Source of the DNA: Bacillota bacterium
GTDB lineage: Bacteria > Bacillota > DTU025
Direction of reading: 5' to 3'
Length of the DNA: 64,000 nucleotides
Assembly: GCA_050951805.1 (NCBI GenBank)
Contig: JBMNJT010000002.1
Coordinates: forward strand, 1,056,001-1,120,000
Made by a program: the position numbers and the translations under genes. The notes below the pieces were generated by a model. That model did not search any database. It saw only the letters and a program-made list of their open reading frames with translations, and was not told the origin of the DNA. Shown one piece after another: positions 11,562-21,696 of this stretch (positions are counted from its first letter, which is position 1; every line of letters starts with the position of its first letter).

Positions 11562-12716
11562 ATGACATCTATTTGCATTCTTGGCTCCACCGGATCGGTG
11601 GGTGTTCAATCTCTTGAGGTTGCGCGTTCTCTAGGGCTGAAGGTGAGTGGCTTATCAGCTTATTCCGAAGTCGAGCTCCTAGCTGAGCAGGCGCGCCAGT
11701 TCGGTCCCGCCATGGTTGGAATTGGCGATGTGCGCGCCGAAGCGCGGGCGAGAGCTTTATTCTCCCGCATGAGTACGCCGCCGGAATTGTTTTTTGGGCC
11801 AGAAGGCGTTTCACAGGTCGCGGCGGCAGCGGAACACGATTTAGTGGTCAATGCCATCGTGGGGTTTGCGGGGGTATGGCCTACCTTGGCTGCGATCGAT
11901 GCTGGGCACGACGTGGCGCTCGCCAACAAGGAGACACTTGTGGCTGCAGGTTCTGTGGTAATGGATCGGGCTCGGCAGGAGGGAGTGGCCATTAGGCCGA
12001 TAGACAGCGAGCATTCAGCCATATACCAATGCATCCAGGGACAGGGCAGGGAAGCTGTCGCACGCATCATTCTTACGGCGTCAGGCGGCCCATTCATTGA
12101 CAGGTATGATTTTGCTGATATCTCTGTGGCGGAAGCCATATCCCATCCTAATTGGAACATGGGTCCCAAGATTTCCGTGGATTCGGCCACGATGATCAAC
12201 AAGGCGTTGGAGGTCGTAGAAGCTCGCTGGCTTTTCGATGTGGATTCGGAGATGATAGATATCGTGGTCCACCGCGAAAGCGTCATCCATTCAATGGTGG
12301 AGTACTGCGATGGCTCGATAATCGCGCAGCTGGGGACGGCAGACATGCGCACTCCGATACAATATGCCCTGACATGCCCCGAAAGGGTCGAAGGGCTGGC
12401 TGCCAAGCTCGACTTGAGCTCCATCGGGAAACTGACCTTTGAGAAACCTGATCTTTCCAGGTTTCCTGGGGCGGGATTGGGACATGAAGCTTTGAGGCAT
12501 AAAGGCGTGGTTCCTGCAGTCATGTCGGCCGCAAATGAGGAGGCTGTGCGCCTATTTCTCCACGGTGATGTGCGTTTCGTCGACATTGTGGACCTCGTGA
12601 TGGAAGCGATGGAATCATCTCCCCGAATAGAAGAACCTTCTTTGGATGACATAGTTGAAGCGGATGTATGGGCCAGGGAGTTTGTGAGAGGAAGGTGTCG
12701 CTCATGTACGCGCTAG
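11562..12716 (+). CDS. dxr: 1-deoxy-D-xylulose-5-phosphate reductoisomerase
   Basis: LGSTGSVG, LANKETLV, PIDSEHSA, TASGGPF, HPNWNMGPKISVDSATM. Confidence 0.97.
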   Translation: MTSICILGSTGSVGVQSLEVARSLGLKVSGLSAYSEVELLAEQARQFGPAMVGIGDVRAEARARALFSRMSTPPELFFGPEGVSQVAAAAEHDLVVNAIVGFAGVWPTLAAIDAGHDVALANKETLVAAGSVVMDRARQEGVAIRPIDSEHSAIYQCIQGQGREAVARIILTASGGPFIDRYDFADISVAEAISHPNWNMGPKISVDSATMINKALEVVEARWLFDVDSEMIDIVVHRESVIHSMVEYCDGSIIAQLGTADMRTPIQYALTCPERVEGLAAKLDLSSIGKLTFEKPDLSRFPGAGLGHEALRHKGVVPAVMSAANEEAVRLFLHGDVRFVDIVDLVMEAMESSPRIEEPSLDDIVEADVWAREFVRGRCRSCTR

Positions 12717-13744
12717 CCTTCTTGGTGGTGCTTGGAATTGTCGTGCTTGTCCACGAGTATGGTCATTTCGCCGCGGCGAGAGCTTGTGGGGTGAAGGTCT
12801 ACGAATTTGCCATTGGTTTCGGACCCCAGCTGTTTTCTTGGAAGAGAGGGGAGACGCTCTATGCCGTGCGAGCCCTCCCACTAGGGGGCATGTGCAGGCT
12901 TGCAGGTATGGACGATTCGGACCTCCCGGAGGAGCAGATGGAGGAGGATGATCCCAGGAGCTTCCTCAACCGCCCTATATGGCAGAGAGTGCTCATAGTT
13001 GTCGCGGGGCCGCTTATGAACTTCGTCCTTGCCGTGGTCATACTCTCGGTTCTCTTCTCGTCATACGGTGTCCCCATGGCATCAGTTGTCGAAGTCTTCG
13101 ATGGAAGTCCGGCGGAGGCAGCAGGGTTTGAGTCGGGCGACAAGATAGTAAGCATAGACGGAAAGCCCGTAGCGAGTGTGGCTGGGTTTATAAACACCGT
13201 GGCTTCGAGCGCGGGAAAGAAACTCATAGTGGAGGCATTGCGCGATGGGGAGACGATCATCATCGATGTGACCCCTATCCGCGATGCAGAGGAGAATATA
13301 GGTCGGGTAGGTATGAGCCTCGTAGAGGTCTATAGCAAGACTGGGACGGGCGCTGCCATAGTTGGTTCGTTGAGGTATACATGGGGGATAGTCGACACTA
13401 CCTTGGCTTCGATGGGAGCGGCGCTTGCGGGAAGGGTCAAGCCCGAGGTGGCGGGCCCTGTAGGGATAGCTGGCATGTCGGCGCAGGCGGCCCGGGCCGG
13501 CTTTCCGAGCTTGATGATGCTTGTGGCCCTCATCTCTACAAGCCTGGGGCTGCTCAATCTGATGCCAATTCCTTTTCTCGATGGCGGATGGGTTCTGTTT
13601 CTGATCATCGAAGCTGTGAGGGGGAAGCCGCTTTCTCCTCAAGTAGAGGGTTTTCTCAGGTTTATCGGGCTAGCGTTGCTCATGCTCTTGCTCGTGTATG
13701 CTACTGTGAGCGATATTTCGAGGATTATGGTTCAACGCATGTAG
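12704..13744 (+). CDS. rseP: RIP metalloprotease RseP/RasP
   Basis: HEYGH zinc motif, PDZ region, NLMPIPFLDGG. Confidence 0.94.
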   Translation: MYALAFLVVLGIVVLVHEYGHFAAARACGVKVYEFAIGFGPQLFSWKRGETLYAVRALPLGGMCRLAGMDDSDLPEEQMEEDDPRSFLNRPIWQRVLIVVAGPLMNFVLAVVILSVLFSSYGVPMASVVEVFDGSPAEAAGFESGDKIVSIDGKPVASVAGFINTVASSAGKKLIVEALRDGETIIIDVTPIRDAEENIGRVGMSLVEVYSKTGTGAAIVGSLRYTWGIVDTTLASMGAALAGRVKPEVAGPVGIAGMSAQAARAGFPSLMMLVALISTSLGLLNLMPIPFLDGGWVLFLIIEAVRGKPLSPQVEGFLRFIGLALLMLLLVYATVSDISRIMVQRM

Positions 13745-13783
13745 ACTATGCGGCTTACTGCCAGATCAGGCGGTGTTTGTCAA

Positions 13784-14863
13784 ATGGCGACTCGCGAAGA
13801 GACAAGACAGGTAATGGCAGGATCTGTTCCGATAGGGGGCGGCGCCCCTATTTCTGTCCAGTCAATGACTACAGCTGATACGCGTGATGCTGATGCTGCC
13901 ATCAAGCAGATCCGGCAGCTTGCCGCTGTGGGATGCGAGATTGTTAGGGTTGCTGTCCCAGATGAGGAAGCAGCCGACTCCTTGCGGAGCATACGCAAAG
14001 CATCTAGCGTCCCGTTGGTGGCCGACATACACTTCAACTACAAGTTGGCTTTGGCCAGCATAGAGGCGGGCGTCGATAAATTGCGCATCAACCCCGGCAA
14101 CATCGGGGGTGCAGACAGGGTTCGAGAGGTCGCTCATGCGGCCGCAGACAGGGGTATCCCCATTCGCATAGGAGTGAATGCAGGCTCGCTCCCAGCCGAC
14201 TTGGTGTCAAAGTATGGCCGTACTCCCGAGGCCATGGTGGAGGCCGCTCTCCGCCATGTCAGTCTCCTTGAAAGGGAAGGATTTGAATCGATTGTCCTTT
14301 CACTCAAGGCGTCGGACGTTAAGAGAACGACGGAAGCATACCGATTGATCGCGCGTAGGGCGCCGTATCCTCTTCATGTGGGAATCACTGAAGCAGGCCC
14401 GCCCCCCGGCGGTCTCATTAAGTCGGCTATCGGTATTGGGATGGTTCTTTCTGAAGGATTGGGGGATACGATCAGGGTGAGTCTCACTGGAGATCCCCGG
14501 GATGAAGTAATCGCGGGCCGTGAGATCCTTGCCAGCCTTGGCCTGAGGCGATTCGGACCAACGATAGTGTCGTGTCCGACATGTGGAAGGTGTAGAACTG
14601 ATCTTGCGGGCATTGTGAAGGAAGTCAAGGATGGCTTGTCGCACCTGGACGCACCACTCGTAGTTGCTATAATGGGATGCGAGGTGAACGGGCCCGGAGA
14701 GGCGAGCGAAGCAGATGTTGGGCTTGCATGTGGAAACGGGGTAGGCCTGATCTTCTCGGGCGGGAGGGTGGTTCGCAAAGTCCGGGAGGCAGAGATGGTA
14801 GGGGCGCTCGTGGAGGCCGCCGAATCGATGGCGGCGAACCGGCACGAGAAGTCACACGGTTAA
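13784..14863 (+). CDS. ispG: HMBPP synthase
   Basis: VQSMTT, ADIHF, RINPGN, CPTCGR, MGCEVNGPGE. Confidence 0.97.
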   Translation: MATREETRQVMAGSVPIGGGAPISVQSMTTADTRDADAAIKQIRQLAAVGCEIVRVAVPDEEAADSLRSIRKASSVPLVADIHFNYKLALASIEAGVDKLRINPGNIGGADRVREVAHAAADRGIPIRIGVNAGSLPADLVSKYGRTPEAMVEAALRHVSLLEREGFESIVLSLKASDVKRTTEAYRLIARRAPYPLHVGITEAGPPPGGLIKSAIGIGMVLSEGLGDTIRVSLTGDPRDEVIAGREILASLGLRRFGPTIVSCPTCGRCRTDLAGIVKEVKDGLSHLDAPLVVAIMGCEVNGPGEASEADVGLACGNGVGLIFSGGRVVRKVREAEMVGALVEAAESMAANRHEKSHG

Positions 14864-14885
14864 CTGCTAGAGGAGTTGGTTTACG

Positions 14886-16625
14886 ATGAGGATGTCGCAG
14901 ATGTTTGCGCCTACGTTGCGGGAAGTGCCGTCCGAGGCGGATATTCCGAGCCATCAGCTGATGCTAAGGGCGGGTATGGTAAGAAAGACTGTCTCTGGGG
15001 TTTATTCTTACCTTCATCTCGGTTGTCGTGTGGTTCGCAAGGTAGAAAAGATAGTCCGTGAGGAGATGGATAGGCAGGGAGCGCAGGAGGTTCTCATGCC
15101 AGCCATTCAGTCCGCCGACATATGGCGCGAAACGGGCAGATGGGATGATTACGGCAGCGAGATGTTCCGTCTTAAGGATCGAAACGGAAGGGAAATGTGC
15201 CTTGGACCTACGCATGAAGAGATAATCACGGTAACGGTGAGGGATGAAATAAGGTCGTACCGACAGTTGCCGAAGATCCTCTATCAGATCCAGACGAAAT
15301 ATCGGGACGAGATCAGGCCGCGTTTTGGGGTAATGCGTTCGCGCGAGTTTATAATGAAGGACGCATACAGCTTTGACAGGGATAATGAGGGCCTTGACCG
15401 CAGTTACGAGAAGATGTATGAGGCCTATTGCAGGGTGTTTTCCAGATGCGGTGTGGACTATAGGGTGGTTGAAGCCGACGCCGGAGCAATTGGCGGAAGC
15501 CAGAACCATGAGTTTATGGTTGTGTCGGAGGTTGGCGAAGATGCCCTGGTTTTCTGCGACGCGTGTGGATATGCGGCTAACGTTGAGCGCGCTGAATCGG
15601 CTAAGCCGGCAGAGAGGGTTGCTGACACCGAGAAAGTTCGTACTGGAATAAGGAAGATATCGACACCGGGTATGCGGACTATCGAGGAGGTTACAGGCTA
15701 TCTCAAGGTGGAGCCTCGGGTGCTGCTGAAAACTCTTGTCTACGTGGCAGACGGTACACCCGTAGCTGCCATAGTGCGCGGGGACCGCGATCTTAACGAG
15801 GCCAAACTCAAAAGGGTTTTGGGCTGTCGTGAGCTGGAGCTTGCCACGCCTGAAGTGATTGAGCGCGTAAGCGGTGCGCCTGTTGGGTTCACAGGGCCGG
15901 TTGGGCTTAGGGAGCGAATCAAGATCGTTGCCGACTGGGAGGCAACTGTTGTTGAGGATGCCGTGGTTGGGGCCAATGCCGTCGATGCGCACCTGGTAGG
16001 TGCAGAGTATGGTGTAGACTATACAGCAGATATCGTTGCAGATATAAGAAATGTGGTCGCCGGCGATGCCTGTCCTAGATGTGGAGCGGAGCTCTGCGGG
16101 GCGCGTGGCGTAGAGGTTGGCCACCTGTTTAAGCTTGGGACGAAATATAGTTCTGCTTTAGGGGCAAAATACCTTGATGAGGGTGGAGTCGAGCATCCGA
16201 TAATAATGGGATGCTATGGAATAGGAATCACGCGCACGGTTGCCTCCGTCATTGAGGAGCATCATGATGACGATGGCATAATATGGCCGATGTCGGTGGC
16301 TCCATATCAGGCCGTGGTTATGCCGCTGAATACTTCGGAAAGCGCGCAAGTGGAAGCCGCAGAGCGGATATATTCCGAACTGTGCAAGCATGGAGTGGAA
16401 GCCGTTATGGACGATCGAGACGAACGCCCGGGGGTGAAGTTTAAGGACGCCGATTTGATCGGATTTCCTATTCGCGTGATAGTAGGGCCCAAACACCTCG
16501 GAGACGGCGAAGTTGAGGTGAGCATGAGGCGTGACGGCACCGTTGAGCTTGTAAAGATCGAGAATGTTGCAGTGCGTGTCAAAGAGATCGTGGATCGTGA
16601 ACTTGCAGCGCTCATGCCCGAGTAG
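14886..16625 (+). CDS. proS: Proline--tRNA ligase (with editing insertion)
   Basis: LGPTHEE, RDEIRPRFGVMRSREFIMKDAYSF, MGCYGIG. Confidence 0.97.
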   Translation: MRMSQMFAPTLREVPSEADIPSHQLMLRAGMVRKTVSGVYSYLHLGCRVVRKVEKIVREEMDRQGAQEVLMPAIQSADIWRETGRWDDYGSEMFRLKDRNGREMCLGPTHEEIITVTVRDEIRSYRQLPKILYQIQTKYRDEIRPRFGVMRSREFIMKDAYSFDRDNEGLDRSYEKMYEAYCRVFSRCGVDYRVVEADAGAIGGSQNHEFMVVSEVGEDALVFCDACGYAANVERAESAKPAERVADTEKVRTGIRKISTPGMRTIEEVTGYLKVEPRVLLKTLVYVADGTPVAAIVRGDRDLNEAKLKRVLGCRELELATPEVIERVSGAPVGFTGPVGLRERIKIVADWEATVVEDAVVGANAVDAHLVGAEYGVDYTADIVADIRNVVAGDACPRCGAELCGARGVEVGHLFKLGTKYSSALGAKYLDEGGVEHPIIMGCYGIGITRTVASVIEEHHDDDGIIWPMSVAPYQAVVMPLNTSESAQVEAAERIYSELCKHGVEAVMDDRDERPGVKFKDADLIGFPIRVIVGPKHLGDGEVEVSMRRDGTVELVKIENVAVRVKEIVDRELAALMPE

Positions 16626-16637
16626 GAGGTGACAAGC

Positions 16638-17267
16638 ATGCGTGTAGCCGCAATCATTCCCGCGTACAACGAGGGACCTAGAATTGCGTCAGTGCTTGAT
16701 GTCGTGCGTGCGAGCCCTCTGGTGGACGAGATCATAGTTGTAGATGATGGCTCTGATGATGATACTGCTGAAGTAGCCAGAGCCCATGGAGCGAATGTCA
16801 TAAGGCTTGGGGAGAATACGGGCAAAGGTGGGGCTGTAGCGCGGGGACTCGAGGCTACACTGGGAGATGTGATTCTCTTTCTAGATGCTGACCTCATTGG
16901 GTTGACCGTTGATCATGTGAACGCCCTGATCGAACCGGTTTGCAGTGGGGAAGCGGATATGACGATCGGGATTTTTGGCAATGGACGCACAGCCACCGAC
17001 CTTGCGCAGGCCTTGACGCCTTGGCTGTCGGGGCAGAGGGCTATCAAGCGCAGCGTGTTGGAAGGTTTGGAGCTCGACATTTCCAGATTCGGAGTTGAGG
17101 CCGTGCTGACGCGACATGCCAAGGAATCCGGGCTCAAGGTGGTTGACGTGAAGCTTCCGAGACTGACTCATGTGATGAAAGAAGAGAAGATGGGCACTGT
17201 AAAGGGTATGGCCTCACGTGCCCGAATGTACTGGGAGGTCCTCAAATCAATCGTTGATTGGGATTAG
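16638..17267 (+). CDS. Glycosyltransferase family 2 protein
   Basis: IIPAYNE, VVDDGSDD, GKGGA, FLDAD motifs. Confidence 0.85.
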   Translation: MRVAAIIPAYNEGPRIASVLDVVRASPLVDEIIVVDDGSDDDTAEVARAHGANVIRLGENTGKGGAVARGLEATLGDVILFLDADLIGLTVDHVNALIEPVCSGEADMTIGIFGNGRTATDLAQALTPWLSGQRAIKRSVLEGLELDISRFGVEAVLTRHAKESGLKVVDVKLPRLTHVMKEEKMGTVKGMASRARMYWEVLKSIVDWD

Positions 17268-17292
17268 GGCCCGCCGGATTGCTGGAGGGTAG

Positions 17293-20200
17293 TTGTTGTC
17301 TACGGTATTTGTCCTTCGTCCATCTAGTGAAAAGGCTCAACTCAAACATATATTCAAATCTGCCGGCATGAGTGTTCCGCTGGCCTTGTATGACTCCTGC
17401 TCAATAGATACTATCTGTATAGATTCGGAGTCAAAGCATTGGACAGTGCGCCTGGCCGGCGCTGTTTTTCCTGGAGCTGAGTGCATCGATCAGATATGTG
17501 CCGCTTTTCGAAAAATTCTAGGAAATGCAATCACTGTCTCTGTTGAACCCGCGTCAGGTGGCCCTGACGATTGGACTCCAAGTGACGAGATAATAGAGAA
17601 ATACTGGCCTGATGTGGTCGAACGGGTGTGCAAGAACTCTCCGAGCGTCGGCGTTTGGCTGGCTCAGGCTCGATGCCGGGCCGATTCGGTAGGTGTCATT
17701 GTCGAAGTTCCAGGGGTTGTACAAGTTGCCAAGCTGAAGGAGAAAGCTGGCGACCGCGATATTGCTCAAGCGTTTTCGGAACTATGTGACCATTGCCCAA
17801 AGGTCAGAATCGAAGTCGGCGAGTTTGAAGAGCCCGCCGTTCCTGTCGAGCTCGATGAGCCGATGGCCCCGCTGGAAAGCGTTGTCTCTGCTAAGGCGGA
17901 ACGGCAAGGGAGTAGTTCGAGGTCGCCTGGTCGGCGACGCTCGAGGGGGAAGCCCGCAGAAGGCGCCATACTGGGGAGAATGATCTCAGATTCTCCGCAG
18001 TCCATTTCCGAGCTGCATGAAGGGCAGAAGAAGGTTGTCGTTGCGGGACAAGTCTTCAAATTCGAGGAGAGGCATACGCGAAACGGCTTCATCATTACGG
18101 AATTTGCCATTACCGACAAATCCGACTCTATAATGTGTAAATGTTTCTTCCGCGGGGATGAGTCCAGGTTTCATCTGGAGAGCGGCCAATGGGTTCGTGT
18201 CAGAGGAGAGGTTCAATACGACCACTATGCTCGTGAGATAGTTCTAATGGCGTCTGACATTGTTCCCCATCAGATAGAGGAAAAGATCGACCTGGCCTCT
18301 GAAAAGCGTGTGGAGTTGCATTTGCATACGAAGATGAGTTCGATGGATTCGGTGTGCAATGTTGAAGATGCCGTGGTGCGCGCGGCGTCGTGGGGCCATC
18401 CTGCTATCGCCATAACAGACCACGGTGTAGCACAAGCTTTTCCCGATGCCTGCAATGTGGCGCGAAAGCATGGCATAAAGGTGATATACGGGATAGAGGG
18501 CTATCTTGTCGATGACCCCTCTGATGAAAACGGACATACGTACCATGTCACGTTGCTTGCTAAGAACCTCGAAGGTCTCCGTGATCTTTACCGGTTGATA
18601 TCCCTCTCCCACCTGGAACATTTTTATCGCCATCCCAGGATTCCCAGGAGCGAACTCGAGCAGGCAAGGTCGAACATGCTAATAGGGTCGGCGTGCGGAG
18701 CGGGAGAGCTCTGTAGGACCATTCTCTCGGGCGCGGATGATGATGAAGTGGCCAAGGTCGCGTCCTTCTATGACTACCTTGAGATCATGCCTTCGGGAAA
18801 CAACGCTTGGCTGGTCAGATCCGGGCGGCTCGCAAGCATCGAAGAGGTGGAGGAGATATCGGTTCGCATATACAGGCTCGGCAAGGAGCTTGGAATCCCT
18901 GTTGTGGCCACCGGCGACGTTCACTTCCTCGATCCACAAGACGAGGTCTATCGCAGGATTCTCATGGCGGGCCAGGGCTACGAGGATGCGGACCATCAGG
19001 CGCCCTTGTATTTCCGCACAACCGAGGAAATGCTTCGAGAATTCTCATTTCTGGGGCCCGATGCCAGTTATGAGGTGGTTGTAGCTAACACGCGCCAGAT
19101 TGCTGACGAGGTGGAGGCAGTTCGCCCTGTTCCCGACGAACTTGCTACCCCCGAGATAGAGGGGGCAGATGAAGAGGTAAGGACGCGTGCCCGCGCAAGG
19201 GCTCGCGAGCTTTACGGCGAGCCGCTCCCGGAAATCGTCAATGTGCGCCTTGAAAGGGAACTGGACGCGATCTGCGGAAATGGATACGCCGTAAACTACG
19301 ATATCGCGGCCAAGCTAGTGCACAAGTCGGTGTCAGACGGGTATCCAGTCGGGTCTAGGGGATCGGTGGGATCTTCTTTCGTGGCATCCATGTGCGGGAT
19401 AACCGAGGTTAATCCGTTGCCACCGCATTATCTGTGTTCCGAATGCAAGCTGAGCGTCTTCGATCACGGGCATGATGTGGAGTCGGGGTATGATCTGCCG
19501 TCTGCCAACTGTCCGCGCTGTGGCGCATCGATGCGGAAGGAAGGACAGAATATTCCCTTCGAAACGTTCCTCGGGTTCGAAGGCGACAAGGTGCCCGATA
19601 TCGACCTCAACTTCTCAAGCGAGTATCAGTCTACGGTTCACAAGTACGCCGAGGAGATATTCGGAGCTGATCATGTGTTTCGGGCCGGCACGATCGCAAC
19701 CGTGGCTGAAAAAACGGCATACGGATTTGTGAAGGCGTACTGCGAGTCTAGGGGAATAGTCAAACGCAGTGTGGAAATGGATCGGCTCGCCCTGGGCTGC
19801 ACAGGCGTGAAACGCACCACTGGGCAGCATCCGGGCGGAATCATGATAGTCCCCGGCAGCCGGGATGTGCACGAGTTTACGCCTGTGCAACGTCCTGCTA
19901 ACGATAGAGACTCCGACACTATCACTACGCATTTTGATTACAAGAACATACACGAGTGCCTTCTAAAGCTCGATTTGCTGGGCCATGATGACCCGACCAT
20001 GATTAAGATGCTGGAGGACATGACCGGGGTTGATGCTTCGACAATTCCCATGGACGATCCTGACACTATGAAGATTTTTTCCGGTGTCGAGTCTTTGGGG
20101 CTTGATCCCGAGACAAGCGGGTTCGTAATTGGAACCGTTGGCATTCCGGAATTCGGAACGAAATTTGTCAGAGGGATGCTGGAGCAGACGAGGCCTACGA

Positions 20201-21012
20201 CCTTCGGAGAGCTCGTGAGGATAAGTGGACTTTCACATGGGACAGATGTGTGGCTCAACAACGCGCAGGAGTTGATCGAGTCTGGCCAGGCCCGGCTTTC
20301 AGAAGTTATCGCGTGCCGCGACGACATAATGAACAGACTCATAAGTGATGGGATTGCGCCTCGAGACGCCTTTAGGATCATGGAGCGGGTAAGAAAGGGC
20401 AAGATGCTAGCCGATGGTGACCCGGAGCTCATGCGTGAACACGGGGTGCCGGAATGGTATATCGATTCCTGCAATAAAATAAAGTACATGTTTCCCAAAG
20501 CCCATGCAGTGGCGTATGTGATGATGGCGTTCAGGATAGCATGGTTTAAAGTGCACTGGCCCAGGGAATTCTACGCAGCGTATTTCAGCATAAGGGCTTC
20601 CGATTTCGACGCGTCCATTGTGGGCATGAGCATGGAAGATATTATCGCCACAAGAAACGCAATAGAGGAGAAGAACGATGCTACATCGAGGGAGAGGAAT
20701 CTGGCTACCGTACTCGAGGCGGCGCAGGAAGGAATGATGCGAGGTATCCGCTTTTTGCCGGTGCACGTATGTCATTCCGATGCTGCTCGATTCGTCATAG
20801 AAGAGGAAGGGCTTCGTCCTCCCCTCATTACCGTGCCTACGCTTGGCGATACTGCGGCTTCCAGCGTTATTGAGGCGAGGAGGGAACGCGTGTTCACCTC
20901 GGTTCACGACCTTTGGTCGCGGACGAAGTTGACCAGGACGCACATAGATACGCTGGCAGAAATAGGGGCTACTGCTGGCCTTCCCGAGTCGGATCAGTTG
21001 TCCCTTTTCTGA
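17293..21012 (+). CDS. polC: DNA polymerase III PolC-type alpha subunit lacking the inserted DEDDh exonuclease
   Basis: OB fold; PHP motifs HLHTKMS, AITDH, GDVH; GSRGSVGSS, PDIDLNFS, GQHPGG, KLDLLGHD, FPKAHA. Confidence 0.95.
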   Translation: MLSTVFVLRPSSEKAQLKHIFKSAGMSVPLALYDSCSIDTICIDSESKHWTVRLAGAVFPGAECIDQICAAFRKILGNAITVSVEPASGGPDDWTPSDEIIEKYWPDVVERVCKNSPSVGVWLAQARCRADSVGVIVEVPGVVQVAKLKEKAGDRDIAQAFSELCDHCPKVRIEVGEFEEPAVPVELDEPMAPLESVVSAKAERQGSSSRSPGRRRSRGKPAEGAILGRMISDSPQSISELHEGQKKVVVAGQVFKFEERHTRNGFIITEFAITDKSDSIMCKCFFRGDESRFHLESGQWVRVRGEVQYDHYAREIVLMASDIVPHQIEEKIDLASEKRVELHLHTKMSSMDSVCNVEDAVVRAASWGHPAIAITDHGVAQAFPDACNVARKHGIKVIYGIEGYLVDDPSDENGHTYHVTLLAKNLEGLRDLYRLISLSHLEHFYRHPRIPRSELEQARSNMLIGSACGAGELCRTILSGADDDEVAKVASFYDYLEIMPSGNNAWLVRSGRLASIEEVEEISVRIYRLGKELGIPVVATGDVHFLDPQDEVYRRILMAGQGYEDADHQAPLYFRTTEEMLREFSFLGPDASYEVVVANTRQIADEVEAVRPVPDELATPEIEGADEEVRTRARARARELYGEPLPEIVNVRLERELDAICGNGYAVNYDIAAKLVHKSVSDGYPVGSRGSVGSSFVASMCGITEVNPLPPHYLCSECKLSVFDHGHDVESGYDLPSANCPRCGASMRKEGQNIPFETFLGFEGDKVPDIDLNFSSEYQSTVHKYAEEIFGADHVFRAGTIATVAEKTAYGFVKAYCESRGIVKRSVEMDRLALGCTGVKRTTGQHPGGIMIVPGSRDVHEFTPVQRPANDRDSDTITTHFDYKNIHECLLKLDLLGHDDPTMIKMLEDMTGVDASTIPMDDPDTMKIFSGVESLGLDPETSGFVIGTVGIPEFGTKFVRGMLEQTRPTTFGELVRISGLSHGTDVWLNNAQELIESGQARLSEVIACRDDIMNRLISDGIAPRDAFRIMERVRKGKMLADGDPELMREHGVPEWYIDSCNKIKYMFPKAHAVAYVMMAFRIAWFKVHWPREFYAAYFSIRASDFDASIVGMSMEDIIATRNAIEEKNDATSRERNLATVLEAAQEGMMRGIRFLPVHVCHSDAARFVIEEEGLRPPLITVPTLGDTAASSVIEARRERVFTSVHDLWSRTKLTRTHIDTLAEIGATAGLPESDQLSLF

Positions 21013-21048
21013 GCGGGGCTAGCCGCGCGGTTGGCGGGTTGGGCGATC

Positions 21049-21077
21049 TTGCATGGATCTTTGGCGTGTGATATATT
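21049..21077 (+). promoter_or_regulatory. sigma-A promoter of rimP-nusA-infB operon
   Basis: TTGCAT-17 nt-TATATT with extended TG. Confidence 0.55.
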
Positions 21078-21125
21078 GGTATGTGTGAGGATTGTCCTCA
21101 GCAGGCATGTGTGATGTGTGGTCAG

Positions 21126-21152
21126 GGAGAGTGGGTCCGTCCCACTCTTTCA
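21126..21152 (+). promoter_or_regulatory. rimP leader hairpin (attenuator-like)
   Basis: AGAGTGGG/CCCACTCT + TTT, the hairpin typically found upstream of rimP in Firmicutes. Confidence 0.65.
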
Positions 21153-21216
21153 TCATGTCTGTCCCCTTGCAGGGCAAAAGCCCTGCGCTTTTACTCATTA
21201 GGAGGGAAGGCCAACT

Positions 21217-21696
21217 ATGGATCGTCGGCAAATCGAATCCCGTGCGAACGCTATATCTCAGTCAGCTGCTAACTCCTTAGGGCTCGAGGTAGTCGACACC
21301 GAATTTGTGAAGGATTCCGGTACTTGGTATTTGCGTGTTTATATAGAAAAGCCAGGGGGAGTTGGGATAGACGATTGCGCCGATCTGTCTCGACTGGTCG
21401 GATCGGAGTTGGACCGTGAGGATTTCATCCCGCAAAGCTACATATTGGAGGTATCGTCCTCAGGCGAGAAGCCGATACGGAGAGATGAGGAATACGACAG
21501 GTTTGAGGGAAGATGGGCGCTTATAACGACGTATAAGGAAATAGACGGGCGTAAGCGCTTTGAAGGTGTGCTGCGGGGCAACCGTGGCGATTCTGTCTTG
21601 ATTGAGGTGGACGGCGTTGTTGTACAAGTGCCGCGTTCCAGCATCAACACAGCAAGGCTGGCTGTCCGCCTCGAGGAGGTTTTCGGTGATGACTGA
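21217..21696 (+). CDS. rimP: Ribosome maturation factor RimP
   Basis: LRVYIEKPGGVGIDDC, YILEVSS. Confidence 0.94.
   Translation: MDRRQIESRANAISQSAANSLGLEVVDTEFVKDSGTWYLRVYIEKPGGVGIDDCADLSRLVGSELDREDFIPQSYILEVSSSGEKPIRRDEEYDRFEGRWALITTYKEIDGRKRFEGVLRGNRGDSVLIEVDGVVVQVPRSSINTARLAVRLEEVFGDD

Noticed and set aside
14964-16124. Long antisense ORFs (this 386-aa one, also 24198-25643, 11660-12652, 52439-53446, 61610-62482)
   Set aside because: Shadows of well-conserved + strand genes in GC-rich DNA; no motifs
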